Of a stretch of DNA of 64,000 nt, positions 1-13,008 are shown piece by piece. Source of the stretch: Eledone cirrhosa (taxonomy: Eukaryota); the NCBI GenBank assembly GCA_964016885.1, contig OZ024748.1:53940001-54004000 (forward strand), in the 5' to 3' direction. Positions within the stretch are counted from its first letter, which is position 1; each line of letters opens with the position of its first letter. The position numbers were made by a program, and so were the translations under genes. The notes under the pieces were generated by a model. It had not been told where the DNA came from and did not search any database. It saw only the letters and a program-made list of their open reading frames with translations.

Positions 1-91
1 TCTATATATATATATATATAGCATACAGATATATATAGTGTATATATATATTATATATCTGGCATATATATCGCTCTCTCTATATATATAG

Positions 92-134
<43 letters not shown>

Positions 135-347
135 CATATATATATATTATATATGTGGCATATATATACATATATATGACATGTATATATATATATATAT
201 ATATACATGTCATATATATGACATATGTATAAATGTGTGTATATATATATATATGTATATATATATATACATATATATATGTATATATATATATATACAT
301 ATATATATGTATATATATATATATATATACACATATATATATATATG

Positions 348-414
<67 letters not shown>

Positions 415-470
415 GTATATATATATATATATATACACATATATATATATATGTATGTATGTATATAATA
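1..470. repeat. (TA)n microsatellite with TG/CA interruptions
   Basis: Seen directly in the sequence. Confidence 0.97.
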
Positions 471-1030
471 CACCTCTCAATCATTCTCTTTCCTCTCCCT
501 CTCTCTATCTCTCTCGCTTTCCTCTCCTTCTCTCTCTCCTCTCCCTCTCTCTCTCCTTCTCTCTCTCCTCTCCCTCTCTCTCTCCTCTCCCTCTCTCTCT
601 CTCTCCCTTCTCTCCCTCTCTCTCCTTCTCTCCCTCCTCTCCTCTCATCTCCCTCTCTCCCCCTCCTCTCCCCTCTCTCTCCCCTCTCCTCTTCCCTCTT
701 TCCCCCCTCTTTCTCCCCTCTCTCTCCCCTCTCTCTCCCCTATCTTCTCTCTTCTCTCTCCTATCTTCTCTGTTCTCTCTCCTATCTTCTCTGTTCTCTC
801 TCCTCTCTCTCTCCCTCTCTCCTCTCGTCTCTTCCTCTCCTCTCTCTTCCTCTCTCTCTTCCTCTCCTCTCTCTTCCTCTCCTCTCTCTTCCTCTCCTCT
901 CTCTTCCTCTCCTCTCTCCCTCTCCTCTCTCTCCCTTTCCTATCTCTCCCGCTCCTCCCACTCCCTCTCCTCCTCTCCTCTCTCTCTCCTCTCTCCCCTC
1001 TCTCCCTCTCTCCTCCCTCTCCTCTCTCTT
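471..1030. repeat. CT-rich polypyrimidine tract
   Basis: About 560 bp of almost only C and T. Confidence 0.95.
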
Positions 1031-1221
1031 GTACCTTCATAATTTACAAAGTAATTCAAACATAGCTAATAGAGAAGCACCAGCTGGTATCTACAGCTAT
1101 TTACGTTCAATTGTTTTTCTTGGTGTTCATTAGAGATTTAATTTTGCTGCTGTTGTTATTGTCTTTGTTGCAGTCATCATTATTTCTCTTTTAATTGCTT
1201 AAAAACAAGTAAAATTAGAAA

Positions 1222-1643
1222 CTGGTTGAGGATTGACACAATCGGTAGAGCACTGAAGAAAATGCTTTGCTGCATTTTGTTCTGTCTCTTTATGTTCTGA
1301 GTTCATATCTAGCTGAGGTCAACTTTGTCTTTCATTTTCCCAGGGGAGGATAAAATAAAGTAGTAGTCACGTACTGGGGTTGATGTAATTAACGTTGTAT
1401 TTCATCTCCCAGGGTTGATAAAATAAAGTACCAGTCAAGTACTGGGGTTGATGCAATTAACATTGTATTTCATCTCCCAGGGTTGATAAAATAAAGTAGC
1501 AGTCAAGTACTGGGGTTGATGTAATTAACGTTGTATTTCATCTCCCAGGGTTGATAAAATAAAGTAGCAGTCAAGTACTGGGGTTGATGTAATTAACGTT
1601 GTATTTCATCTCCCAGGGTTGATAAAATAAAGTAGCAGTCACG
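1222..1643 (+). mobile_element. SINE family A whose 3' part is tandemly repeated (68-bp unit, ~4.3 copies)
   Basis: Head with B-box-like ctgagttcatatc and gaggtcaactttgtctttcat; taaaataaag recurs at 1351, 1419, 1487, 1555 and 1623. Confidence 0.85.
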
Positions 1644-1699
1644 TTAAAAGGTTAAGGTTTTCTTGTTATAGATTCTTTTTTCTTGCTCATTCTTGAAGG

Positions 1700-2975
1700 T
1701 ATTACAACAAACACTGCCACAACTATAACCAGCACCACAACTAAAACCAACACCACAACTAAAACCAGCACCACAACTAAAACCAACACCACAACTAAAA
1801 CCAACACCACAACTAAAACCAACACCACCACTAAAACCAACACCACAACTACAACCACCAACACCACTACAACCACCAACACCACAACTAAAACCACCAA
1901 CACCACTACAACCACCAACACCACAACTAAAACCAGCACCACAACTAAAACCAACACCACAACTAAAACCAGCACCACAACTAAAACCAGCACCACAACT
2001 AAAACCAGCACCACAACTAAAACCAACACCACAACTAAAACCAACACCACCACTACAACCACCAACACCACTACAACCACCAACACCACCATAGCTTCTA
2101 ACACCACCAACAACATTACAGCTACCAACACAACTATAACCAACACCACCATCACAACCACCAACGCCACCATCACCACCAGAGCCAATAACACCACAAC
2201 CTTCAACTCCCCCCATTAAGCATCACAACCACAATTACTACCACCACCACCACTACCAACACCTCCACAGCTACCACCAACACCACCACCACAACCTACA
2301 ACACCTCCACAACTAGCAACACCACTACCACCACTACTACCACACCCACAAACACTACTACAACTACCACCAACACCACCACAACTACCAGCAGCACCTT
2401 CAACACCTCCATAACAACCAATACCACCACAACCACAACTACCAACAACAACACAACCACCACAACCACCAACACCACCATCACTACCAACACCACCACA
2501 ACCACCAACACGACCATCACTATCAACGACACCAACACCACCAGCACAACCACTACCACAACCACCAACCCACCAACACCATCGACACTACCAACATCAA
2601 CACTACCACCAATACCACCATCAACACCATCAACACCATCATCACTACCAACACCACCACCAGCACAACCACTACCACAACCACCAACACCACAACAACC
2701 ATCAACACCATCAACACCACCATCACTACCAACACCACCACCAGCACAACCACTACCACAACCACCAACACCATCGACACTACCAACATCAACACTACCA
2801 CCAACACCACCACAACCATCAACACCATCAACACCACCAACACCACCAACACTACCAACACCACCACCACCAACACTACCAACACCACCACCAACACTAC
2901 CAACACCACCACCACCATCACCACCACCAACACCACCACCATCACCACCACATTCAACACCTCCACAACAACCAA
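1700..2975. repeat. ACC/AAC-rich repeat array, including an 18-bp caccacaactaaaaccar minisatellite
   Basis: Seen directly; produces spurious poly-Thr and poly-Val ORFs. Confidence 0.9.
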
Positions 2976-3196
2976 AGGGTGTTCTCTTTACATAACTCCC
3001 TTCTTTCCCTCCCTACACTCCCCCCCCCCCCCCATTCTCTTGCATCTTCCTCTATTTATACTGTCTCTCTTATTGAAAATATATTCTTGTCTGAAAATCT
3101 TGTGTGTGTACAGGTGAAACTCCAGAGTTACAGGGCTTACTACTTAGATATAATAAATGAATATATGTGTGTGTGTGAATACATATATGTGTTCGT

Positions 3197-3506
3197 TTAA
3201 CCCTTTAGTATTCAAACTGGCCAAAACCGGCCAGAATTCTATACCTCTTTCTGTTGAAACTGCCTGTAACTGGTAGCTCAAACTGATGTTAAGGTATTGT
3301 TCTCAAAATAAATACTTTCAAAATCTCATAGATTCGATATTATGTGAGATAATACATGAAAATATAATAGTATATATAGAATAATTGTTTTTACTTTTGG
3401 TACAAGGTCAGCAATTACTCAGTACATTACTGGTACTTTACTTTATCGACCCTGTAAGGATGAAAGGCAAAGTATATATAGAATAATGTGAATGCTAAAG
3501 GGTTAA
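3197..3506. mobile_element. piggyBac-type MITE containing a nested SINE-A fragment (3386-3470, minus)
   Basis: TTAA|CCCTTTAG...CTAAAGGG|TTAA; it splits the RTE-tail motif tcgtttaa|cgtc at TTAA; the nested SINE has a 17-bp TSD agtatatatagaataat (3369-3385, 3471-3487). Confidence 0.88.
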
Positions 3507-3581
3507 CGTCTATCTTCCACGCTAGCATGGGTTTAGAGTGTACATATGAATACATATATGTTTGTATAGATGTATATATAT

Positions 3582-4142
3582 ATATTGTTATGCTTTGGGA
3601 GGGTCATGTTGCCAATAAGAAACACACGCACCAGTTGCTTTCACTTCAATTTATTATAAATTAAATTCAGGAATTTAGGAATATATAAATTTCCGGTTGG
3701 TTGGTTGGTTCCACAACCAGACGATTGTTCATATATTGTCAAAGTTCTTTCGTCACACATTCTGTGACCTCTTCAGTGACTGGGGATTATTTTCTTTGTT
3801 TTTGTGCCTCTCCTTTGTTATGTCCTATGCCATCAACAAGATGGCGTAGGACAGAACAAAGGAGAGGCACAAAAACAAAGAAAATAATCCCCAGTCACTG
3901 AATAGGTCACATAATATGTGACAAAAGAACTTTGACAATATATGAACAATCGTCTGGTTGTGGAACCAACCAACCGGAAATTTATAAATTCCTAAATTTA
4001 TAAATTTAATTTATAATAAATTGAAGTGAAAGCAACTGGTGCGTGTGTTTCTTATTGGCAACATGACCCTCCCAAAGCATAACAATATCGGTTTCAACAC
4101 ACATTTTCAGATAAAGAATCTTGCTAAACAAATTCAGAAACG

Positions 4143-4143
<1 letters not shown>
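3582..4143. mobile_element. ~500-bp fold-back palindrome plus 55-bp extension, inserted in (TA)n; Penelope-like pLTR remnant
   Basis: Arms 3582-~3834 and ~3840-4088 are near-perfect reverse complements with an aacaa loop; HHR motif in each arm; AATAAA downstream of the HHR. Confidence 0.8.
3738..3780 (-). ncRNA. Minimal type I hammerhead ribozyme motif
   Basis: Minus strand: gtca-CTGAAGA-g-GTCACA-gaatg-TGTGAC-GAAA-gaac-TT-tgac. The mirror copy at 3894-3936 has core mutations (CTGAATA, AAAA). Confidence 0.7.
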
Positions 4144-4212
<69 letters not shown>

Positions 4213-4298
4213 GTGTGCGTGTGTGTGAATATATAAATGTGTATATGTGTATACATATGTTTGTATATGTGTATATATATATGTGTGTGTGTGTGTGT

Positions 4299-4408
4299 AA
4301 AAGGTAAACAGTAATAAGAACACAAACGGTACAGTATATGGAAGGAATATATTAGTTTAATGCTTGATGTAGCAGGAAGAGAGTCATAACGTTTCGGACG
4401 CTAGCCCT
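4299..4408 (-). mobile_element. 3' fragment of an HHR-bearing element, truncated inside the ribozyme (related to 49875-50075)
   Basis: Minus strand GGGC-tagc-GTCC-GAAA-CG-TT-atgactc followed by a tail similar to 49981-50060; abuts (GT)n. Confidence 0.55.
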
Positions 4409-4449
4409 GAGAGAGATGCATGCACACACATAATTTAACTGTATGTATA

Positions 4450-4831
4450 TTAACCCTTTGCTTGCCATATTTCTAATGAAAGACACTGCTTATATTTTTC
4501 AATTAATTTTGAAAATAATCATGCCTTTTTTTTTTTCTGGAGTGGGGTTTAGTAATATATGCTGCTGTTAGGGACATACCTTAACAACTGATCTTATATA
4601 AAATAATTGTGTCTACGTTAGGCACAAGGCCAGCAATAACCCAGTGTATTACTGGTACTTTATTTTATCGACCCCGTATGGATGAAAGGCAAAGTCAACC
4701 TCGGCGGGATTTGAACTCTTATATAAAATAATGATGGATGGTATCTTGGTAAAAATAAACACTTTAAAAGAAACAGCTATATACTGCAGAAGCAGATGTG
4801 GTTTCAGGCAGTTTGGTATCAAAAGGGTTAA
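4450..4831. mobile_element. piggyBac-type MITE (second subfamily) with nested SINE-A fragment (4608-4716, minus)
   Basis: TTAA|CCCTTTG...AAAAGGG|TTAA; SINE TSD tcttatataaaataat at 4592-4607 and 4717-4732. Confidence 0.78.
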
Positions 4832-5293
4832 AAAGTTGACATCACAACCAAATGGTTTCCAGGTTCTTTGAGCAAATGACTATTGCTATAGCCTAAGGTT
4901 AATTAATGCTTTGTCAGTAAGAATTGGTAGATGAACATAGTGTGAAAGCCTGTTATCTGTACACACACACATATATATATATATATACTGTATATATATA
5001 ACAGACATTAAATGGTGATGATGATCATATGTAATTGTGTGTAAATGTGCATACATAATAGTGTGTTGATATTTCTCTTTACTTATGTAATCTGTATAAA
5101 TACTTTAAAAGGTATTTTCATTGCTCAAGGGAGATAACTATATAAAACTATGTTAACACAAATCATACGTTAAATATAGATTGATAAAATGTGCAGCAAA
5201 CTAAGTTATGAGATCAATACAAATAAGTGACTGAAAGTCCTGGAGACAAAGTCTTGAAGGGTTATATAAATAAATAAATGTACATGTCTCTCA

Positions 5294-5306
5294 TTGTGTA
5301 TGTATG

Positions 5307-5338
<32 letters not shown>

Positions 5339-5618
5339 TGTGTATATGTATGTGTATATATATATATATATATGTATGTGTATATGTATGTGTATATATA
5401 TATATACATGTATGTGTATATGTATGTGTATATATATATATATATATGTATGTGTATATGTATGTGTATATATATATATATATATACATGTATGTGTATA
5501 TGTATGTGTATATATATATATATATATGTATGTGTATATGTATGTGTATATATATATATACATGTATGTGTATATGTATGTGTATATATATATATATATG
5601 TATGTGTATATGTATGTG

Positions 5619-5649
<31 letters not shown>

Positions 5650-5871
5650 GTATATGTATGTGTATATATATATATATATATGTATGTGTATATGTATGTG
5701 TATATATATATATATATATGTATGTGTATATGTATGTGCATATATATATATATATATGTATGTGTATATATATATATATATATATATTGTGCATGTGTTT
5801 GCGTGCGTTTGTATATATACATATATATCATCAGCATCACCGATTTACATCAATTTTTCCTAGCTTTCATG

Positions 5872-5936
<65 letters not shown>

Positions 5937-6035
5937 ATGTGTGTCTGTGTGCATTCACATATGTATATGTGTCAGTGTGTATATATATATATATATATAT
6001 TATGTGTGTGTTTGTGTACATTCATATATATATAT
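5294..6035. repeat. Compound (TA)n/(TATG) micro- and minisatellite
   Basis: Seen directly. Confidence 0.92.
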
Positions 6036-6075
6036 ATAATATAAGATCAAAAGATGGTTAAAGGAGTTCCATGTA

Positions 6076-6142
6076 TTTTATTATGCACATTTCAAAAACA
6101 AACATCATCATGCAATAATATTTGTGTTTTCATCAGATAAAA
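6076..6142 (-). ncRNA. Mirror-image hammerhead motif
   Basis: Reverse complement of 6268-6334, with stem III TGTGCA (CpG-type transition). Confidence 0.68.
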
Positions 6143-6267
6143 CAGGAGAACATGATATGAAGGCTAAAAAACACTTGTGGATAGTGCAGTTTTAAATCAA
6201 CATATATGTTGATTTAAAACTTGCACTATCCACAAGTGTTTTTTAGCCTTCATATCATGTTCTCCTG

Positions 6268-6334
6268 TTTTATCTGATGAAAACACAAATATTATTGCAT
6301 GATGATGTTTGTTTTTGAAATGCGCATAATAAAA
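6268..6334 (+). ncRNA. Type I hammerhead ribozyme motif with palindromic stem III
   Basis: ttttat-CTGATGA-(36-nt stem II with ACAAATAT/ATGTTTGT)-GAAA-TGCGCA-TA-ataaaa; 6-bp stem I. Confidence 0.75.
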
Positions 6335-6939
6335 TACATGGAACTCCTTTAACCATCTTTTGATCTTATATTATGTATACTCCAGTCCTACAAACTGTAG
6401 AGTGCTTCTTATCCGATATCTGCATTGCTTTATTGTACTACAATAAAACTCACCTCCTACATATATATAAATATATATATATACACACACATCATCATCA
6501 TCAATATGTTATATCTACTTTCTATGCTGACAACAGTTCAGTTGTGTTGGACAGAAGAATATCTTATGTAATTCATTCCGACTTTCTATGTTCTGAGTTC
6601 AAATTCCTTCGGGATCAAAAATATAAAGGGCCAGTCCATGGTGCTGAATTGCTAGAAATTGTTAGAGAATTGACTTGCTGTATTTGTTCTGGCACCTTGC
6701 ATTCTGAGTTCAAATCCCACCAACAGGAAGATCTAATCACCCAATCATGGGGCCCACAATTTGTTATGAAAGATGCAATGACTGGAAGAGTATTGTGGTT
6801 GAGTTGGAACCAGTAGATTTTTTAGGGATCCCAGACCTTATTTGCTTGCTAAGTGGCATGGACCTCATCAAATTGGACCAAGAAAAGAATGTTCCATTAG
6901 TCTTTCTGTTGCTAATACTATCTACATGTCTCAACTCCT

Positions 6940-7066
6940 GACTGAAGGAGCAACTTGAAATAAAGTGTCTTGCTCAAGGACACAATGCATCATCTGGTTG
7001 GAGAATTGAACTCGCAACCTCACGAATGTGAATCCAACTCTCTAACCACTAAGCCAGGCGCCTTCA
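6940..7066 (-). mobile_element. tRNA-derived CORE-type SINE (family B), head part
   Basis: Minus strand ggcttagtggttagag...gagttcaattctcc...gtgtccttgagcaagacactttatttc. Confidence 0.8.
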
Positions 7067-7480
7067 CTAACCAGTAGATAGTATCAGCAATAGAAAGACC
7101 AATGGAAACATTGTTTCCTTGGTCCAATCTAACAAGTTCCACCCCACTTGGTCTGTGATCTTGTTATTTGATACATTTGTTTTTTGTAATTGATTTATAA
7201 TGATTTTATGCTGGCATGAAGTGGACAGTTCAACTTCTGGCCTTGATATAAGCAACTGTTCTGTCCAATATAAGAAATATATCAAGTTGCTCACCCATTG
7301 ATGGATGTATCTTGTCATTCAAATGTAAAGACATCAATTCTATTGATCTATACAGATAAATATATTGTAGTAGCTAATATATACTGCAAAGTGGGGCATA
7401 CAATTTGAGCTGGCACAGGGATCAATATTCACCCCATCATGGCCATATTTCTAATGATATACACTGTATGGAAAATTCTG

Positions 7481-10400
7481 TGCTTAGCTTAATTTAGAGG
7501 CTCCTGTGTCTTGAGACACATGAGGCAGCCTAAGTGTCCCAATGACCATGGTCAGTTGTATCTGTCAATACATCCCATGTCTTGAGACACATGAGGCAGC
7601 CTAAGTGTCCCAATGACCATGGTCAGTTACATCTATCAATACATCCCATGTCTTGAGACACATGAGGCAGCCTAAGTGTCCCAATGACCACGGTCAGTTA
7701 CATCTATCAATACATCCCATGTCTTGAGACACATGAGGCAGCCTAAGTGTTCCAATGACCACGGTCAGTTGTATCTATCAATACATCCCATGTCTTGAGA
7801 CACATGAGGCAGCCTAAGTGTCCCAATGACCACGGTCAGTTGTATCTATCAATACATCCCATGTCTTGAGACACATGAGGCAGCCTAAGTGTCCCAATGA
7901 CCACGGTCAGTTGTATCTATCAATACATCCCATGTCTTGAGACACATGAGGCAGCCTAAGTGTCCCAATGACCACGGTCAGTTACATCCATCAATACATC
8001 CCATGTCTTGAGACACATGAGAGCCAAAGTGTTCCAATGACCACGGTCAGTTACATCCATCAATACATTCCATGTCTTGAGACACATGAGAGCCAAAGTG
8101 TTCCAATGACCACGGTCAGTTGTATCTATCAATACATCCCATGTCTTGAGACACATGAGGCAGCCTAAGTGTCCCAATGACCACGGTCAGTTACGTCTAT
8201 CAATACATCCCATGTCTTGAGACACATGAGGCAGCCAAAGTGTTCCAATGACCACGGTCAGTTGTATCTATCAATACATCCCATGTCTTGAGACACATGA
8301 GGCAGCCTAAGTGTCCCAATGACCACGGTCAGTTACATCTATCAATACATCCCATGTCTTGAGACACATGCGGCAGCCTAAGTGTCCCAATGACCACGGT
8401 CAGTTACATCTATCAATACATCCCATGTCTTGAGACACATGCGGCAGCCAAAGTGTTCCAATGACCACGGTCAGTTACATCTATCAATACATCCCATGTC
8501 TTGAGACACATGCGGCAGCCAAAGTGTTCCAATGACCACAGTCAGTTACATCTATCAATACATCCCATGTCTTGAGACACATGCGGCAGCCAAAGTGTCC
8601 CAATGACTATGGTCAGTTACATCTATCAATACATCCCATGTCTTGAGACACATGAGGCAGCCAAAGTGTTCCAATGACCACGGTCAGTTACATCTATCAA
8701 TACATCCCATGTCTTGAGACACAAGAGGCAGCCAAAGTGTTCCAATGACCACGGTCAGTTACATCTATCAATACATCCCATGTCTTGAGACACATGAGGC
8801 AGCCAAAGTGTTCCAATGACCATGGTCAGTTACATCTATCAATACATCCCATGTCTTGAGACACATGAGGCAGCCAAAGTGTTCCAATGACCACAGTCAG
8901 TTACATCTATCAATACATCCCATGTCTTGAGACACATGAGGCAGCCAAAGTGTTCCAATGACCACGGTCAGTTACATCTATCAATACATCCCATGTCTTG
9001 AGACACATGCGGCAGCCAAAGTGTCCCAATGACCATGGTCAGTTACATCTATCAATACATCCCATGTCTTGAGACACATGAGGCAGCCAAAGTGTTCCAA
9101 TGACCACGGTCAGTTACATCTATCAATACATCCCATGTCTTGAGACACATGAGGCAGCCAAAGTGTTCCAATGACCACGGTCAGTTACATCTATCAATAC
9201 ATCCCATGTCTTGAGACACATGCGGCAGCCAAAGTGTCCCAATGACCATGGTCAGTTACATCTATCAATACATCCCATGTCTTGAGACACATGAGGCAGC
9301 CAAAGTGTTCCAATGACCACGGTCAGTTACATCTATCAATACATCCCATGTCTTGAGACACATGAGGCAGCCAAAGTGTTCCAATGACCATGGTCAGTTG
9401 TATCTATCAATACATCCCATGTCTTGAGACACATGAGGCAGCCTAAGTGTCCCAATGACCATGGTCAGTTGTATCTATCAATACATCCCATGTCTTGAGA
9501 CACATGAGGCAGCCAAAGTGTTCCAATGACCATGGTCAGTTGTATCTATCAATACATCCCATGTCTTGAGACACAAGAGGCAGCCTAAGTGTCCCAATGA
9601 CCACGGTCAGTTACATCTATCAATACATCCCATGTCTTGAGACACATGAGGCAGCCAAAGTGTTCCAATGACCACGGTCAGTTACATCTATCAATACATC
9701 CCATGTCTTGAGACACATGAGGCAGCCAAAGTGTTCCAATGACTACGGTCAGTTACATCTATCAATACATCCCATGTCTTGAGACACATGAGGCAGCCAA
9801 AGTGTTCCAATGACCACGGTCAGTTACATCTATCAATACATCCCATGTCTTGAGACACATGAGGCAGCCAAAGTGTTCCAATGACCACGGTCAGTTACAT
9901 CTATCAATACATCCCATGTCTTGAGACACATGAGGCAGCCTAAGTGTTCCAATGACCACGGTCAGTTACATCTATCAATACATCCCATGTCTTGAGACAC
10001 ATGAGGCAGCCAAAGTGTTCCAATGACCACGGTCAGTTACATCTATCAATACATCCCATGTCTTGAGACACATGAGGCAGCCAAAGTGTCCCAATGACCA
10101 TGGTCAGTTACATCTATCAATACATCCCATGTCTTGAGACACATGAGGCAGCCAAAGTGTCCCAATGACCATGGTCAGTTACATCTATCAATACATCCCA
10201 TGTCTTGAGACACATGAGGCAGCCAAAGTGTCCCAATGACCACGGTCAGTTACATCTATCAATACATCCCATGTCTTGAGACACATGCGGCAGCCAAAGT
10301 GTTCCAATGACCATGGTCAGTTACATCTATCAATACATCCCATGTCTTGAGACACATGAGGCAGCCAAAGTGTCCCAATGACCACGGTCAGTTGTATCTA

Positions 10401-12160
10401 TCAATACATCCCATGTCTTGAGACACATGAGGCAGCCAAAGTGTCCCAATGACCACGGTCAGTTGTATCTATCAATACATCCCATGTCTTGAGACACATG
10501 AGGCAGCCAAAGTGTTCCAATGACCATGGTCAGTTGTATCTATCAATACATCCCATGTCTTGAGACACATGAGGCAGCCAAAGTGTTCCAATGACCATGG
10601 TCAGTTACATCTATCAATACATCCCATGTCTTGAGACACATGAGGCAGCCAAAGTGTTCCAATGACCACGGTCAGTTACATCTATCAATACATCCCATGT
10701 CTTGAGACACATGAGGCAGCCAAAGTGTTCCAATGACCACGGTCAGTTACATCTATCAATACATCCCATGTCTTGAGACACATGAGGCAGCCAAAGTGTT
10801 CCAATGACCACGGTCAGTTACATCTATCAATACATCCCATGTCTTGAGACACATGAGGCAGCCAAAGTGTTCCAATGACCACGGTCAGTTACATCTATCA
10901 ATACATTCCATGTCTTGAGACACATGAGGCAGCCAAAGTGTTCCAATGACCACGGTCAGTTACATCTATCAATACATCCCATGTCTTGAGACACATGAGG
11001 CAGCCAAAGTGTTCCAATGACCATGGTCAGTTGTATCTATCAATACATCCCATGTCTTGAGACACATGAGGCAGCCAAAGTGTTCCAATGACCATGGTCA
11101 GTTACATCTATCAATACATCCCATGTCTTGAGACACATGAGGCAGCCAAAGTGTTCCAATGACCACGGTCAGTTACATCTATCAATACATCCCATGTCTT
11201 GAGACACATGAGGCAGCCAAAGTGTTCCAATGACCACGGTCAGTTACATCTATCAATACATCCCATGTCTTGAGACACATGAGGCAGCCAAAGTGTTCCA
11301 ATGACCACGGTCAGTTACATCTATCAATACATCCCATGTCTTGAGACACATGAGGCAGCCAAAGTGTTCCAATGACCACGGTCAGTTACATCTATCAATA
11401 CATCCCATGTCTTGAGACACATGAGGCAGCCAAAGTGTCCCAATGACCACGGTCAGTTACATCTATCAATACATCCCATGTCTTGAGACACATGAGGCAG
11501 CCAAAGTGTTCCAATGACCACGGTCAGTTACATCTATCAATACATCCCATGTCTTGAGACACATGAGGCAGCCAAAGTGTTCCAATGACCACGGTCAGTT
11601 GTATCTATCAATACATCCCATGTCTTGAGACACATGCGGCAGCCTAAGTGTTCCAATGACCACGGTCAGTTACATCTATCAATACATCCCATGTCTTGAG
11701 ACACATGAGGCAGCCTAAGTGTCCCAATGACCACGGTCAGTTACATCTATCAATACATCATTTCAAATTTTGTTGACATGCTCAGGTCTCTGTCGATTGT
11801 CTGCTGCTAGTTCATCTTGGGGACGTCTCTTCCCCCCATTCCATGGGGGTACCAATACAGGACCTGATTAGCATGTCTCTTACTTGGCAGTCATGGGATG
11901 TGTCCCAACCTGCTAAGTCCATGCTTTACATGATGTTAGTACATTGCTGGTGGATTTGTTGATCGACCTTCTTATTGGTGATGAAGTCATTCCACCTAAT
12001 GGCAAGGATTTTGTACAGGTATTTGGTATCAGAAGCATATAATTGATTCTCTTGGCTGTCCTTCACATTCCACATTTCACTCTTCTGAAGGAGACCTGAA
12101 AGCACGTTACTGTTGTAAAATCTCATCTTGGGACCAAGCAAAAGGTTTTTTTATTTTTCC
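7481..12160 (-). mobile_element. Decayed 3' end of an RTE-clade LINE, interrupted by its own amplified terminus
   Basis: 11926-12141 translates KMRFYNSNVLSGLLQKSEMW...KILAIRWNDFITNKKV, typical of the RTE post-RT region; the ORF ends SRHRSL* at ~7495, followed by a taagctaagc tail. Confidence 0.75.
7508..11758. repeat. 71-bp tandem satellite, ~60 copies
   Basis: Unit gtcttgagacacatgaggcagccaaagtgttccaatgaccacggtcagttacatctatcaatacatcccat; starts at 7508 and 7579 give period 71. Confidence 0.98.
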
Positions 12161-12177
12161 AGGTCTTGTTGAGTTGT

Positions 12178-12399
12178 TTAACCCTTTAGCATTCCAGCCA
12201 GCTGTATCCAGCCAGAATTCTCTCACCTCTTTCTGTTCAAACCAGCTGTAACTGACTTCTCATACCTACATTAAGGTATTATTCTCAAAATAAATAACAT
12301 CAAAATCTCGTAGATTTGATATGTGAGATAATTATGCAGAGTAAAGTCTTCACTGTGAAAATGCAATAGTAAATATTGAATAATTAAATGCTAAAGACA
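12178..12399. mobile_element. piggyBac-type MITE with a degenerate right end
   Basis: TTAA|CCCTTTAGC; internal similarity to 3201-3502; ends aatgctaaagac. Confidence 0.72.
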
Positions 12400-12823
12400 G
12401 CCAAAGCTTTGCCTATTCAGTAATTAATTTCATTCACCATGTCTCCCCCCTCCCCCTTCTGTTGATAGAGCTTCTGAGGTAGGTGAAGTCCTCCCCAACC
12501 TCCATATTCTCCTGATTGATGCAGATGTTTGTTTGTGATGGATTTATGAAAATTATTAATCATTTCATTATTAAGGTAACATTTGTGACTTAAGGAAAGC
12601 TTCATATATGAAATTATGTTGGAAGATTTTAATCAAAATAGAAACCCTTTGAAATGGGTGGTTTTGTTCCAGAGAAGCAGTACTGGTTTTGGTTAGGTTT
12701 GGTTGGGTTGGGTTGGTATCAAAAGTGTTAAGATTCTGAGCTTGAAATATGTGATACATCTAAGAAAAATTTGGTGTAGATATAACTATAGTTTTTCAAT
12801 GATAAGCATTGTTGTTAAAGTAT

Positions 12824-13008
12824 CAGACCGGCCAACCTCTAAAAACCCAATGCATGAAAAAAGTGCCCCAAAACAGGGAGAAATGAGGCAAAATGGGGAG
12901 ATTTTACATGATGAAAGCTATACCCATTTTTACAAGAGAAGAGATCTTTCACCCATCCCAAAGTTGGTGGAAGACTTCCCTGTTGGACAGGAAGAGTTGA
13001 CAGATCTG
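12824..13008. mobile_element. 185-bp DNA-transposon MITE with CAGACC...CTG termini and a 6-bp TSD
   Basis: aagtat|cagaccggccaac...gttgacagatctg|aagtat; a reverse-oriented copy lies at 16774-16966. Confidence 0.75.

Larger units (their letters stand above)
6036..6460. mobile_element. ~340-bp palindrome plus ~85-bp extension, inserted in (TA)n; Penelope-like pLTR remnant
   Basis: 6036-6374 is self-complementary about caacatatatgttg, with one indel and one substitution; HHR in each arm. Confidence 0.8.

Noticed and set aside
1683-2975. Mucin-like poly-Thr ORF
   Set aside because: Open on both strands, interrupted by stops, no convincing splice or signal context; best explained as a simple repeat
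6809-7165. Repeated segment gatcccagacc...atctac (also at 31495-31602)
   Set aside because: Clearly an interspersed repeat in three copies, but its ends and class could not be defined
7508-11758. CRISPR-like array
   Set aside because: No unique spacers; contiguous 71-bp tandem units in eukaryotic DNA
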